From Caldilineae bacterium (GTDB lineage: Bacteria > Chloroflexota > Anaerolineae > Epilineales > Epilineaceae), in NCBI GenBank assembly GCA_020634625.1, contig JACKBJ010000001.1:217276-281275 (forward strand): DNA of 64,000 nucleotides. Reading direction: 5' to 3'. The number at the start of each line of letters is the position of its first letter. Position 1 is the stretch's first letter. Of the stretch, positions 35,005-44,318 are shown one piece after another. Made by a program: the position numbers and the translations under genes. The notes below the pieces were generated by a model, which saw only the letters and a program-made list of their open reading frames with translations, was not told where the DNA came from and did not search any database.

Positions 35005-38000
35005 CTATTCGCCCCGCCGCAGCATGGGCAGGTAGACCGTCGGCTGCGACTCCCGAATGCGCAGCTCGAAGGCGCCGATGTCGCAGCGAGGCGTGCCGTC
35101 GCCATCGCCGTCGACGCTGCGGGCGATGCCCCGCTGGTCGGTCTCGAGGACCGCGGCGCCGTCGGCGCCGCGACAGCCGCTCGGGTCGCCCGCATCGACG
35201 GCCGGGCTGCCGGTCAGCAGGGCCATGGTCCGGCTGGCGCCGCCGTTGGCCTGCAGCTCGGACAGGCCCGGGTCCTGATCGGGCCGATCGCCGGAGGAGC
35301 GCAGCCCACAGCTGTTGTCGCCATCGAGGTTGTAGCCGGCCGACGTGATCTGCCCCAGGCAGTCCGCGCCGTTCGCGTTGAGGGCCACGATGCTGTCGCG
35401 CAGCTCCACGCGTCCGGCCGCGCCGACGCGCTGGATGCCGGCGGCGCCGCCGGTCTCGCCCTCGTTGGCGACGACCCGGTTGTGCGCCAAGGTCACGCTG
35501 GCCAGCGCCACGTCGCCCCCGCCGCTGTAGATGGCGCCCCCGAACAGCGCCTGGTTGTCGGTCAGCGTGCTGTTCTCGAGGCGCAGCGTGCCGCTGATCG
35601 CCAGCGCGCCGCCCTGCAGCGCGCTGTTCGAGGCCAGGAGGCTGCGCTCGATCGAGGCGGACCCGCCGACGGCCACCGACAGCGCGCCGCCCTGGCTGTC
35701 GCCCCCCTCGACCTGGTTGCGCTCCAGCGTGACCTCGGAGAGCGTGGCGACGTTCTCGACCCGCAGGCCGCCGCCATGACGACCAGCGGCATTGCCGGCC
35801 AGGGTGACCCGCTCGAAGCGGACGCTGCCGTTGTCGCCGGTGTGCGCGGCGCCGCCATCGCGAACCGCCGAGTTCGGCCCGACCCGACCGCCGACGACCG
35901 TGACGCTCGCGCCGTCGGCGTGGATGGCGCCGCCGTCCAGGGTCGCCGTGTTCTGCTGGACGGTGCAATCGGTGAGCGTCGCCTGCCCGCTCCGGCCATA
36001 CACCGCGCCGCCGAAATTGGCGCTGTTGAGCGCCAGCTCGACGCCACGAACCTGCAGATCGGCGCCATCGCGGTAGAAGTACAGCGCACCGCCGAAGTTG
36101 CCCCGATTCTCCCGCAACCGACCGCCCTGGATCGTGACCCGCGCGCCGTTCGAGATCAAGCCGCCGCCGGTGCCATAGTCGCCTTCGGCGATGTTCTCGA
36201 TGATCGCGACGTCGGTCAGGCTGCCGGTACCCGGCACCGTGTCGCTGGAGCCGACATAGACCCCGCCGGCGACATCGGCGCGATTGCCCTGAACGGTGCC
36301 GCCCTGCATCGTCAACGACCCGCCCAGCAGGAAGACGCCCGCCCCGTACTCGGCGCGGTTGCCGACGAAGCTGCTGTTGCTCAGGTTGACCGCCGCGCCG
36401 CGCGCCGAGATGCCGCCGCCGTAGCGCCCGCCGTTACCCGTGATCACGCTGTCCTCGACCGTCAAGGAGCCGGCCGCGTAGATGCCGCCGCCGTCCACGG
36501 CGCTGGTGTTGGCGCTGAGGCGGCTGCGCCGCACGACGGCGATGCCGCCTTCGTCCACCAGGATGCCGCCCCCGCGCGTCAAGCTCACGTTGGAGTCGAT
36601 GTCGCAGTCCTCGACCGTCAGACGGGCGGCCGTGTAGACGCCGCCGGCACGGGGATCGGAGTTGAAGCTGATGCGCGAGGAACGCAGCGTGAGGTCGGCA
36701 TCGGGCGCATAGACGCCCGCACCGCGCGTCAAGCTGAGCCCGCGGACGGTCACCGCGACCGCTCCGCGGATCGTGAGCACGGGCCCCTTGCGGTTGCCGT
36801 CGATGACGCTGAAGGGTGCACCCGCGCCCGCCAGCGTCAAGGCCTTGCCGTCGATCACCACGTTCTCGACGTAGGTGCCGGCCTGGATCGCGATGGTGGC
36901 CCCGGAGCGCGCCGCGTCGACGGCGGCTTGGATCCGGCTGTGGTCGCATCCGTTTTCGCAGACCGTCAGCTCCCCCGCCACCGGATCCGGTCGCTGTGCC
37001 GTCGGCGTGGCCGATACCCGTTCGTCGAAGTACTCGAAGGATCCGATGTCGCAGATCGATCGCCCATCGCCCTTGCCGTCGACCGGACGCGGCTGACCGC
37101 GCTGGTCGGTGGTCAACAGCGTATCGTCCGGCGCGGTGCAGCCTTCCGGATCGCCCGCGTCGATCGCCGGGCTCGCGGCGGTCAAGGCGATGGTCCGCGT
37201 CAACCCGCCGTATTCGCCCATCGGGAGGGTGCGCGGGTTGGTGTTCGTCATGTCGCCGACCTCGTCGAAGCTGCAGGTGTTGCCGCTATCGAGGTTGTGT
37301 CCGGCCGAGGTGACGGTGCCGAAGCAGCTGGAAGGCGCGTTGTTGCCCACCAGCGAGTTGCGCAGCTGGATCACGTCGTTGGAGAAGATCGCGCCGAAGC
37401 CGCCCGAGTTGTCGGCGACGGTGACGTTGGTCATGAGCCCCGAGCCGGCGTTGATGTACATGCCGCTGCCGCCGAAGTCGGCCACGTTGCCCGACATCGT
37501 GCTGTTGGACAGAATCGTCGTGTCGACGTACTGGTAGATCGCGCCGCCGTTCTCGCCCGACCGATTGCCGCTGAGCGTGCTGCGGCCGATGTTGACGAAG
37601 CCGGTGTTGTAGATGCCGCCGCCGCGCGGCGTGGGCCCGCCCTCCACCACGTTGTCGGAGAGATCGACGGTGTCGACGCCGAGCCGGGCGGTGTAGCCAT
37701 TGAAGATGCCCGCCCCGAACTGTCGGGCGCGATTGCCGGTGATCGCTCCGCGTGCGATGGTCATGCCGCCGTAGCTGTTGAGGACGCCGCCACCGAGCTC
37801 GGCCTCGTTGTCGCGGACCACGACGTCGGTCAAGGTCATCGTGCCGCCGTAGTTGAAGATCCCGCCGCCGTAACCGGTATCGGGGTTGCCAGTGGCGTTG
37901 CCTTCGACGACGCAGTTGGTCACGAAGGCCGAACCTTCGTTGTAGATGCCAGCCCCCGAGTCGGCCCGGCCCCCGGTGATGGTGAAGCCGGCGATCGTGA

Positions 38001-38403
38001 CGCCCACGCCCCGCTTGATGTGGAGCACCGGTCCGGCGCCGCCGCCGTCGATCAGGGTCACCGAGGGGTCCACCCCACGCAGCTCGATCGAGGTGTTGAC
38101 GACCAGCTGCTCGGTGTAGGTGCCGCTGCCGACGAAGATGGCATCACCGGTCTGCGCCCGATCGAGCGCCGCCTGAATCGTGGCGTGATCGCAGCCGGCC
38201 GGGCAGACGGTGATGGCCGCGTCCGGAGCATCCTGCCGGCTCGGCCGAGCCGAGCGCTGCGCCAGGCTGGGCGGACCGACCTGGGTGGCCGGTACGGGCG
38301 ACGCAGCTGCTGGCGACGCGGTGCCGAGCCAGACCGGAAGGAGCGTGACGAAGAGCGAGAGGATCGGCGCCGCGAAGCGGCGGCGCAGCATGGCGTGGCG
38401 CAT
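35005..38403 (-). CDS. Secreted parallel beta-helix protein (PMP/PbH1-type repeats), two tandem units each ending in a DQRG..CDIG.FE motif (choice-of-anchor-Q-like)
   Basis: ATG 38403 with GGAGG 9 nt upstream. Signal FAAPILSLFVTLLPVWLGTASPAAA. Dozens of GGG(I/V)(Y/F)N / GGA(I/L)Y turns. CDIGSFE mid-protein and CDIGAFE near the end. Ends VYLPMLRRGE. Confidence 0.85.
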   Translation of the reverse strand: MRHAMLRRRFAAPILSLFVTLLPVWLGTASPAAASPVPATQVGPPSLAQRSARPSRQDAPDAAITVCPAGCDHATIQAALDRAQTGDAIFVGSGTYTEQLVVNTSIELRGVDPSVTLIDGGGAGPVLHIKRGVGVTIAGFTITGGRADSGAGIYNEGSAFVTNCVVEGNATGNPDTGYGGGIFNYGGTMTLTDVVVRDNEAELGGGVLNSYGGMTIARGAITGNRARQFGAGIFNGYTARLGVDTVDLSDNVVEGGPTPRGGGIYNTGFVNIGRSTLSGNRSGENGGAIYQYVDTTILSNSTMSGNVADFGGSGMYINAGSGLMTNVTVADNSGGFGAIFSNDVIQLRNSLVGNNAPSSCFGTVTSAGHNLDSGNTCSFDEVGDMTNTNPRTLPMGEYGGLTRTIALTAASPAIDAGDPEGCTAPDDTLLTTDQRGQPRPVDGKGDGRSICDIGSFEYFDERVSATPTAQRPDPVAGELTVCENGCDHSRIQAAVDAARSGATIAIQAGTYVENVVIDGKALTLAGAGAPFSVIDGNRKGPVLTIRGAVAVTVRGLSLTRGAGVYAPDADLTLRSSRISFNSDPRAGGVYTAARLTVEDCDIDSNVSLTRGGGILVDEGGIAVVRRSRLSANTSAVDGGGIYAAGSLTVEDSVITGNGGRYGGGISARGAAVNLSNSSFVGNRAEYGAGVFLLGGSLTMQGGTVQGNRADVAGGVYVGSSDTVPGTGSLTDVAIIENIAEGDYGTGGGLISNGARVTIQGGRLRENRGNFGGALYFYRDGADLQVRGVELALNSANFGGAVYGRSGQATLTDCTVQQNTATLDGGAIHADGASVTVVGGRVGPNSAVRDGGAAHTGDNGSVRFERVTLAGNAAGRHGGGLRVENVATLSEVTLERNQVEGGDSQGGALSVAVGGSASIERSLLASNSALQGGALAISGTLRLENSTLTDNQALFGGAIYSGGGDVALASVTLAHNRVVANEGETGGAAGIQRVGAAGRVELRDSIVALNANGADCLGQITSAGYNLDGDNSCGLRSSGDRPDQDPGLSELQANGGASRTMALLTGSPAVDAGDPSGCRGADGAAVLETDQRGIARSVDGDGDGTPRCDIGAFELRIRESQPTVYLPMLRRGE

Positions 38404-38605
38404 CGGATACGGCCTCCTCGAGCGATACGAAGCGGGCGAGTCGGAAGGTCGGGAGCTGCGGCTGGAGCGGGCAGGACGATACGATTCGCACCCGGCGAAT
38501 GCAAGTGTCGCGGCTCCCGGACGGACCGGACTGACGAATCCCTGACACATCGCTGACGAAGGGTCAATTGGGGAAATCGGGTGGGCCAATTTTGCGCAAA
38601 CCCGG

Positions 38606-38614
38606 TGTTATGAT
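38606..38614 (+). promoter_or_regulatory. Extended -10 element TGtTATGAT upstream of the vWA gene
   Basis: Read directly, in a locally AT-richer divergent intergenic region. Poor -35 element. About 100 nt upstream of ATG 38717. Confidence 0.3.
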
Positions 38615-38716
38615 GGTCGATGTCGGAAGCGCGTGCGGCGCCAACCGCCGAATGGGGTTGAACTCCGAACCGCGATCCGCCGGACTGAACTCAACGTTAC
38701 GGAGGGGATTCCAACC

Positions 38717-40201
38717 ATGAAGTTGCGCCGATTCAGCCTGCTGGCCATGCCGATCCTGGCTTTCGCCGGCGCCGTGTCGCTCTTGTCGCTGCCCACGCTG
38801 CACGCGCAGCAGGCGCCGGCTTCGCCCAGCACCTGCGTCACCGGGCTCTCGAAGACTGTGGAGCCGGGCCGCGTGCAGCGCGGCGACACCGCGCGGGTCA
38901 CGATGATCATGACGCACACCTGTCCGGCCGAGCGCAAGCCGGTCGACCTGGTGTTCCTGGTCGACGTCTCGAACTCGATGACCCGGGGCAAGAACAGCCC
39001 GAACACCGGCACGGATCCGGTGAATCCGGATCCCGGGCTCGCGACGCCCGAGCCGAAGCCCGAGCCGCCGAAGCCCTTGGCGTTCCTGGGCTGGCCGGCC
39101 TCCGGCGTCGCCGTGTCCGCGCCCGACCAGGGTGACCCGGTTCCGCCCGATCCGGGCGACCCGGGCCTGGTCCCGGCCCCCGGCCGGCCCGGCAGCGAGC
39201 CTTCCGGCTGCGAGGGCAACGATGCGGTCGCACCGCCGGTCATCCCGCCCATCGGCATCCTGACGCCGACCCCGCCCGGCCCGCAGCCGCCGCCCGGCAT
39301 CGGCGACCCGCCGCCCGGCACGCCCGATCCGGGCATCGGCGATCCCGGCATCGGTGACCCCGGCACGGGCGGTAGCAGCGGCGAGCTGGCGGGCGACGAC
39401 GACCTCATCCGCGACACGCAGCGGTGGCTGCGCCGGTTCCTCGACGAGCCGACGGTTCAACAGGACATGGCCAACGGCAAGCTGCGCATCGGCATGGTCG
39501 CCTTCAACGCGCGCGGCCGCCGCATCCTCAGCCTCTCGGACGACACGCGCCGCGTCATCTCGCGCATCGGCCTGCTGCGTGGGCAGGACAAGACGCGCAT
39601 CGACATCGGCCTGCGCTCGGCGGAAGGCGCCTTCCGCGAGCAGACCCGCGGCGGGATCATCCGCCGCGACGACGATCGGGTGAAGGTGATCGTCCTGATC
39701 TCCGACGGCCAGTTCTGCTCGCGCGACGTCTCGCGGGCCAAGGTCGACCGCGAGATCAAGGTCGTCGCGATCGCCGCCGGTCGTGGCGCCAACCAGCGCA
39801 AGCTGCGCGAGGTCGCGACCGAGAAGCAGAACGTGCTCATCCTGCGCGATACCGACATCAAGTCCTTGATCAACCTGATGAGCGACCCGCGCAACCCGGA
39901 CGCCATCCGCCAGTTCATCCCGGTCGAGATGAGCAGCGTCACGGTGCGCGACTCCTTGACCGACACCATCGAGCTGGTGGCCGGCTCGGTCAACCCGGCA
40001 CCGGCCTCGATCAACGGTCGGACGATCGAGTGGGTCTTCCCGAAGCCGAGCTCGGCGATCACGCTCGAGTTCGACGTCAAGCCGCTGGCTCCCGGCATCC
40101 GATCGATCAGCGACGTCTCGTTCATCGAGTGGGCCGACAGCCTGGGCCGGGTCGGCACGGCGCACTTCCCAACCGCGACGCTCGAGCTCGTCGCTCCGTA
40201 G
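38717..40201 (+). CDS. Secreted vWA-domain protein with a large proline-rich insertion and a C-terminal beta-sandwich
   Basis: GGAGGGG 9 nt before ATG 38717. Signal peptide ending LHAQQ. MIDAS VDVSNSM and later LISDGQ. About 140 aa of P/G/D-rich sequence lie between them. Confidence 0.8.
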   Translation: MKLRRFSLLAMPILAFAGAVSLLSLPTLHAQQAPASPSTCVTGLSKTVEPGRVQRGDTARVTMIMTHTCPAERKPVDLVFLVDVSNSMTRGKNSPNTGTDPVNPDPGLATPEPKPEPPKPLAFLGWPASGVAVSAPDQGDPVPPDPGDPGLVPAPGRPGSEPSGCEGNDAVAPPVIPPIGILTPTPPGPQPPPGIGDPPPGTPDPGIGDPGIGDPGTGGSSGELAGDDDLIRDTQRWLRRFLDEPTVQQDMANGKLRIGMVAFNARGRRILSLSDDTRRVISRIGLLRGQDKTRIDIGLRSAEGAFREQTRGGIIRRDDDRVKVIVLISDGQFCSRDVSRAKVDREIKVVAIAAGRGANQRKLREVATEKQNVLILRDTDIKSLINLMSDPRNPDAIRQFIPVEMSSVTVRDSLTDTIELVAGSVNPAPASINGRTIEWVFPKPSSAITLEFDVKPLAPGIRSISDVSFIEWADSLGRVGTAHFPTATLELVAP

Positions 40202-40207
40202 TCGTGT

Positions 40208-40237
40208 GAGGCCCCGGCGCGACCGCGTCGGGGCCTC
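40208..40237 (+). terminator. GC-rich hairpin 7 nt after the vWA gene stop (a second 13-bp-stem hairpin at 40260..40302)
   Basis: GAGGCCCCG-12 nt-CGGGGCCTC, then GACGGCCGGCAGG-17 nt-CCTGCCGGCCGTC. Confidence 0.45.
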
Positions 40238-40373
40238 GTCGCCTCGATCTGCTTGGCACGACGGCCGGCAGGCGCTTCGTGAGCAGCGCCCTGCCGGCCG
40301 TCCTGCGTACCAGCCCCGCCGGATCCATGGTCGGTACTGGGTCACGGCCCCCTTCCACGAGGACTGCACCCGT

Positions 40374-42170
40374 ATGAAGCGAGCCATGCATCTCGCCCTC
40401 ACCGCCCTCGCGCTCGGGATCGCGCTGACCGCCCTGGCGCCGGCCAGGCCTGCCCTGGCCCAGGCGGTGGTTTATGTCAATACGACCGAGGACAGCCGCA
40501 TCGACACCTTCGAGCCCTGTGTGCCCGGCGGCCGATGTGGGCTGCGCAGCGCCATCCGCACCGCCCAGCTCGAGGTGGCCGGCGCCATCGTGCGGGCCTG
40601 CTTCGATCCGGCCGAGGTGCCGGGCGCGCGGGCCTGCCCGCCCGGCGCGGTCCCGATCCGCAAGTCGGATCCCGGCTACGACCCGCGCATCGACCGCTGG
40701 GTGATCAAGCTGGCCGATCCCAACCCGATCGAGATGAACGTGCGGCAGACCTTCGTCGACCTGCGCCAGGGCCTCGACTGGAAGAGCCCCGCCGACAACA
40801 AGTTCGTCATCGATGCCTCGGGCCTCGACATCGACCACGTCTTCGCCATGGAAAGCGATCGGAACATCCTGGCCGGCTTCGAGATTCGAGGCAGCTTCAC
40901 CCGCTCGGCAATCCTCATCCGCGGCGGTCGAACCCGCGACGAGTCCCGATTCAACCAGGTCGGCCCCGGCGTGATCTTCGCCAACATGCCGGCGGGATCG
41001 GGCGTCCACATCGTCTCGAAGGACACCAACCAGAATCGCATCATCGGCAACTGGTGCGGCATCACGGGCGATGGAACCCAGGTGAGCCCGCTGACGGACG
41101 ACTGCGTCTATCTGGAGCAGGGCACGACCAAGAACGTCATCGGCGACGCCTCCCCCGGCGGGCGCAACATCTTCGCCGCGACCAGCGAAGGTGCCGGCGT
41201 GCGCATCGAGGACAGCGAGTTCGTCGGGCTGGACGTGCGCACCCGCGACAACGTCATCGAGTACAACTGGTTCGGTCTGGATGCCGCCGGCGAGGCGACC
41301 GAGGGTCTCGATTCCGGGCTGGTCCTGGTCTGGTCGCCCAACAACAAGGTCAGCCACAACGTCATCTCCAACAGCCGCAACGCCGGCGTGGCGGTCTTCA
41401 ACGTCCTGACCGGAACCCTGATCAGCGACAACATCATCGGCGGTGGCCCCGACGGATCGACCTGTCGTGGCAACAAGGGCGACGGCGTCTTCATGATCTC
41501 GGGTCCGAGCCTCTCGCGCATCGAGCGCAATCGCGTGGTCTGCAATGCCGGCAACGGCGTCACCCTGCAGGGACCGAACACGGTCGACAACGTCATCAGC
41601 GAGAACTCGATCCGCTCGGTCGGCGGCAAGCCCATCAGCCTGCTCTCGGATGCCAACCGGAAGATCAAGCCGCCGACCCTGGGCGACGTGTCGGAGACCT
41701 CGCTGACCGGCACCGCCTGCGCCGGCTGCACGGTCGAGGTCTTCAGCGACAACGATCGGCAGGCCCAGTACTTCGAAGGCCGCGTCGTCGCCGACGCGTC
41801 GGGAGCCTTCGTGCTGGACAAGCCCGAAGGCTGGCAGGGTCGCTACGTCACGGCATCCCAGTCCCGCGACGGCAACGGTTCGGAGCTGGCGACCGCCAAG
41901 CTGGTCGGCAACATCGGGCGTCGAACGCCGACCCCCACGGGTGCCGTGCCCACCTGGACGCCGGCGGTCAGCGAGACGCCGGGTCCTTCGGCCAGCCCGA
42001 GCCCGACGCCGCGTCCGCAGCTGACCTTCACGCATCGCATCCACCTGCCGATCCTCGCCCGGGGCCAGGCGGACCTCGGCCGGGCCGGCGTCGCGGTCCC
42101 ATCGGCGCGGCAGGGCGCCGACCGGTCCTTCGAGCTCCTACGGCTGGCCAGGGCTCTGTTCCTGCGCTGA
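40374..42170 (+). CDS. Secreted right-handed beta-helix (NosD/PbH1-like) protein
   Basis: ATG 40374. Signal LALTALALGIALTALAPARPALAQA. Repeats N.I..N.. (NRIIGNWCG, NVIEYNWFG, NVISNSRNAGVAVF, NRVVCNAGNGVTL). PT linker, then IHLPILARGQ plus a 33-aa tail. Confidence 0.8.
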   Translation: MKRAMHLALTALALGIALTALAPARPALAQAVVYVNTTEDSRIDTFEPCVPGGRCGLRSAIRTAQLEVAGAIVRACFDPAEVPGARACPPGAVPIRKSDPGYDPRIDRWVIKLADPNPIEMNVRQTFVDLRQGLDWKSPADNKFVIDASGLDIDHVFAMESDRNILAGFEIRGSFTRSAILIRGGRTRDESRFNQVGPGVIFANMPAGSGVHIVSKDTNQNRIIGNWCGITGDGTQVSPLTDDCVYLEQGTTKNVIGDASPGGRNIFAATSEGAGVRIEDSEFVGLDVRTRDNVIEYNWFGLDAAGEATEGLDSGLVLVWSPNNKVSHNVISNSRNAGVAVFNVLTGTLISDNIIGGGPDGSTCRGNKGDGVFMISGPSLSRIERNRVVCNAGNGVTLQGPNTVDNVISENSIRSVGGKPISLLSDANRKIKPPTLGDVSETSLTGTACAGCTVEVFSDNDRQAQYFEGRVVADASGAFVLDKPEGWQGRYVTASQSRDGNGSELATAKLVGNIGRRTPTPTGAVPTWTPAVSETPGPSASPSPTPRPQLTFTHRIHLPILARGQADLGRAGVAVPSARQGADRSFELLRLARALFLR

Positions 42171-42222
42171 CGTCGGTCGGATCGCGGCCCGATCGACTCA
42201 CGACGGGCCGCGGCAGCGATGA

Positions 42223-42252
42223 GGCCGCGAATCCGGAACCGGATTCGCGGCC
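42223..42252 (+). terminator. Perfect 14-bp-stem hairpin after the beta-helix gene
   Basis: GGCCGCGAATCCGG-AA-CCGGATTCGCGGCC followed by CGCTTCGTTG. Confidence 0.5.
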
Positions 42253-42437
42253 CGCTTCGTTGCATGGCAGATCACATCGATGAATGGCCCATCGACACGG
42301 GATGCTCGGCGCCACTGGCGGTGGACCTTCGGCACCGACCATGCTATTGCATTGTGGGGGATCGGGAAGCGATGCGTCGGCCCGATCCCGTTGCATGGCG
42401 TTCCCAGCCCCCGACGCTCTGCCGCCAGGAGATCCCC

Positions 42438-44318
42438 ATGCGCCCGTGGAAGCGCGCCGCGATCGTCGCGATCGGTCTTTTCATGGCGGCTGCCGTTGGC
42501 CTCGGCGCGCTTCCGCGGCACGAAGCCGTCCGGGCGCAAGGCCAGCCGGGGGAGCCACCGAGCGCCTGCGGGGTTCGGATCACCGAGACCGCCCAGTCCC
42601 CCGCGTGGATCTGCGCGCCGCTGGGCGTGACCGTCACGCTGCAGGTCACGCGTCCCCAGGCGCTGCCCCTGCACGTCGTCTTCGTCGTGGCGAAACACCT
42701 GTTGATGTACGATCACCTGGACGAGGCCAAGGCGGCCGCCCGAGACGCGGCCAATGCGCTGAGCTTTGGTCCTGGCACCCGCGTCGGTCTGGTGACGCTC
42801 AGCGTTCAGGGCAGGACCGAGCTCGAGCTGAGCGACGACAAGAGCAAGGTGCTGTCGGCCATCAACCGCATCAAGCTCGACCAGGTTCGGCCCGAAGCCC
42901 GCTACTATGACTGGCTCGGCGACGCCGAGGACCTGCTGGCCGAAGCGCGGACGACGGCCCTGTCCCCGGTGGAGGTCATCGTCCTGATCTCGACCGGCTG
43001 CCCGAATGGGTACGAGAGCTACTGTCAGCGGCAGAAGGCGAGCGCCAGCCGGGTTCAGGGCAAGGGCATCACGGTCGTCGGCATCTGCAATCCCAACGCC
43101 ACCATCCCGCCGCCGGCCCTGCCGGCGGGCCACTGCAACGACATCCGCGGCCTGGCGAGCAGCGGCAGCTACTACGACCTGCGCCAGGCAGCCCGGGCGG
43201 CGGCCCGGCTTCAGGAGCTGGAGCGCGAGGGCGCGGCCATCGAGCCCCGCGCGCTCGCGCTGACCGAGCTCCTCGCGCCCGGCTTCGCCTACGTCCCCGG
43301 ATCCGGAAGGCCCGAGCCCAAGGTGAACCCTTCGCGGCTGCTGTTCGAATGGTCGGGCCTGTCGGCCGATCAGGTGGTGAGCGCGACCTATCGGCTGCAG
43401 CCGGACGCCGAGGGCCTTCGATCCCTGCGCCTGTCGGGCTCGAGCGCCATCGTCCTCGACAGCCTGCAGCGCGCTTCCGCCTCCGTCCGCGTGCCGACCC
43501 GCACCCTCGACATCCGTCCTTGCCTCGTCGCCAGCGCGACGCCCACGACGCCTCCGACCCCCACGCCAGCGCCCAGCCCGACGACCCGCATGTCGCCGAC
43601 CGCGAGCCCGACGGCGCGCCCGTCGGCGCGCCCGACGCCGAGCCCCGAGCCTCAGGCCAGCCCGACGCCGGAGCCCCGCGCGCTCTACCTGCCCATCCTG
43701 ACGCGTCGGCTGTGCAAGCCCGCACGGGCTCACTCGGACATCGTGCTGCTGATCGACACAAGCTCCAGCATGGCCCAGCCGGCCGGCAGCTTCGGGAGCC
43801 GGCTGGATGCCGCACGCGACGCGGCGCGACGCTTCATCGACTTGCTCGCGCTGGATGGGGCCGGGGACCAGGTCGCGCTGGGCGGCTTCAACGCCGAACC
43901 CACCCTCGGCCCGCTCAGCGATCGCCGGGACGCGGCGCTCCGCAGCCTCGATTCCGAGATCCGTCTCGGTTCGGGCACGCGCATCGACCGGGCGCTGGAG
44001 GCCGCGCGGTCCGAGCTGTCGAGCGCGCGCGCACGCGCGGGCAGCGCTCCGGTGATCGTCCTGCTCACCGATGGACAGCCGGAAGGTGGCAGCGAGTCGG
44101 CCACGCTCGCTTCGGCGCGCGAAGCTCGACGGGCGGGCATCGACATCTTCGCCGTCGGCTTCGGCGACGCGGTCAACGGCGACTTCCTCCGACAGCTGGC
44201 CTCGCGGCCCGACGCCTATCTGCACGCGCCCGACGCCGAGGCGCTGCGCGGAGTCTACGAGTCGATCGCCGGCCAGCTGCCCTGCCCGGGCGGCCTCGTA
44301 TGGGAGCTGGGGCGATGA
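42438..44318 (+). CDS. Secreted double-vWA protein (MIDAS-less N-terminal vWA + beta-sandwich + PT linker + terminal vWA cassette)
   Basis: ATG 42438. Anchor AAIVAIGLFMAAAVGLGAL. First vWA has VVFVVAKHLLM instead of DxSxS. Second has IDTSSSM and LLTDG. Ends [13 protein letters not shown]. Confidence 0.8.
   Translation: MRPWKRAAIVAIGLFMAAAVGLGALPRHEAVRAQGQPGEPPSACGVRITETAQSPAWICAPLGVTVTLQVTRPQALPLHVVFVVAKHLLMYDHLDEAKAAARDAANALSFGPGTRVGLVTLSVQGRTELELSDDKSKVLSAINRIKLDQVRPEARYYDWLGDAEDLLAEARTTALSPVEVIVLISTGCPNGYESYCQRQKASASRVQGKGITVVGICNPNATIPPPALPAGHCNDIRGLASSGSYYDLRQAARAAARLQELEREGAAIEPRALALTELLAPGFAYVPGSGRPEPKVNPSRLLFEWSGLSADQVVSATYRLQPDAEGLRSLRLSGSSAIVLDSLQRASASVRVPTRTLDIRPCLVASATPTTPPTPTPAPSPTTRMSPTASPTARPSARPTPSPEPQASPTPEPRALYLPILTRRLCKPARAHSDIVLLIDTSSSMAQPAGSFGSRLDAARDAARRFIDLLALDGAGDQVALGGFNAEPTLGPLSDRRDAALRSLDSEIRLGSGTRIDRALEAARSELSSARARAGSAPVIVLLTDGQPEGGSESATLASAREARRAGIDIFAVGFGDAVNGDFLRQLASRPDAYLHAPDAEALRGVYESIAGQLPCPGGLVWELGR

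Noticed and set aside
34924-38556. 1210-aa plus-strand ORF covering the same DNA as the beta-helix gene
   Set aside because: Its A/R/G/D/V-dominated composition without motifs is typical of an antisense shadow ORF in GC-rich DNA. The minus-strand product has a Shine-Dalgarno, a signal peptide, regular beta-helix repeats and CDIGAFE motifs.
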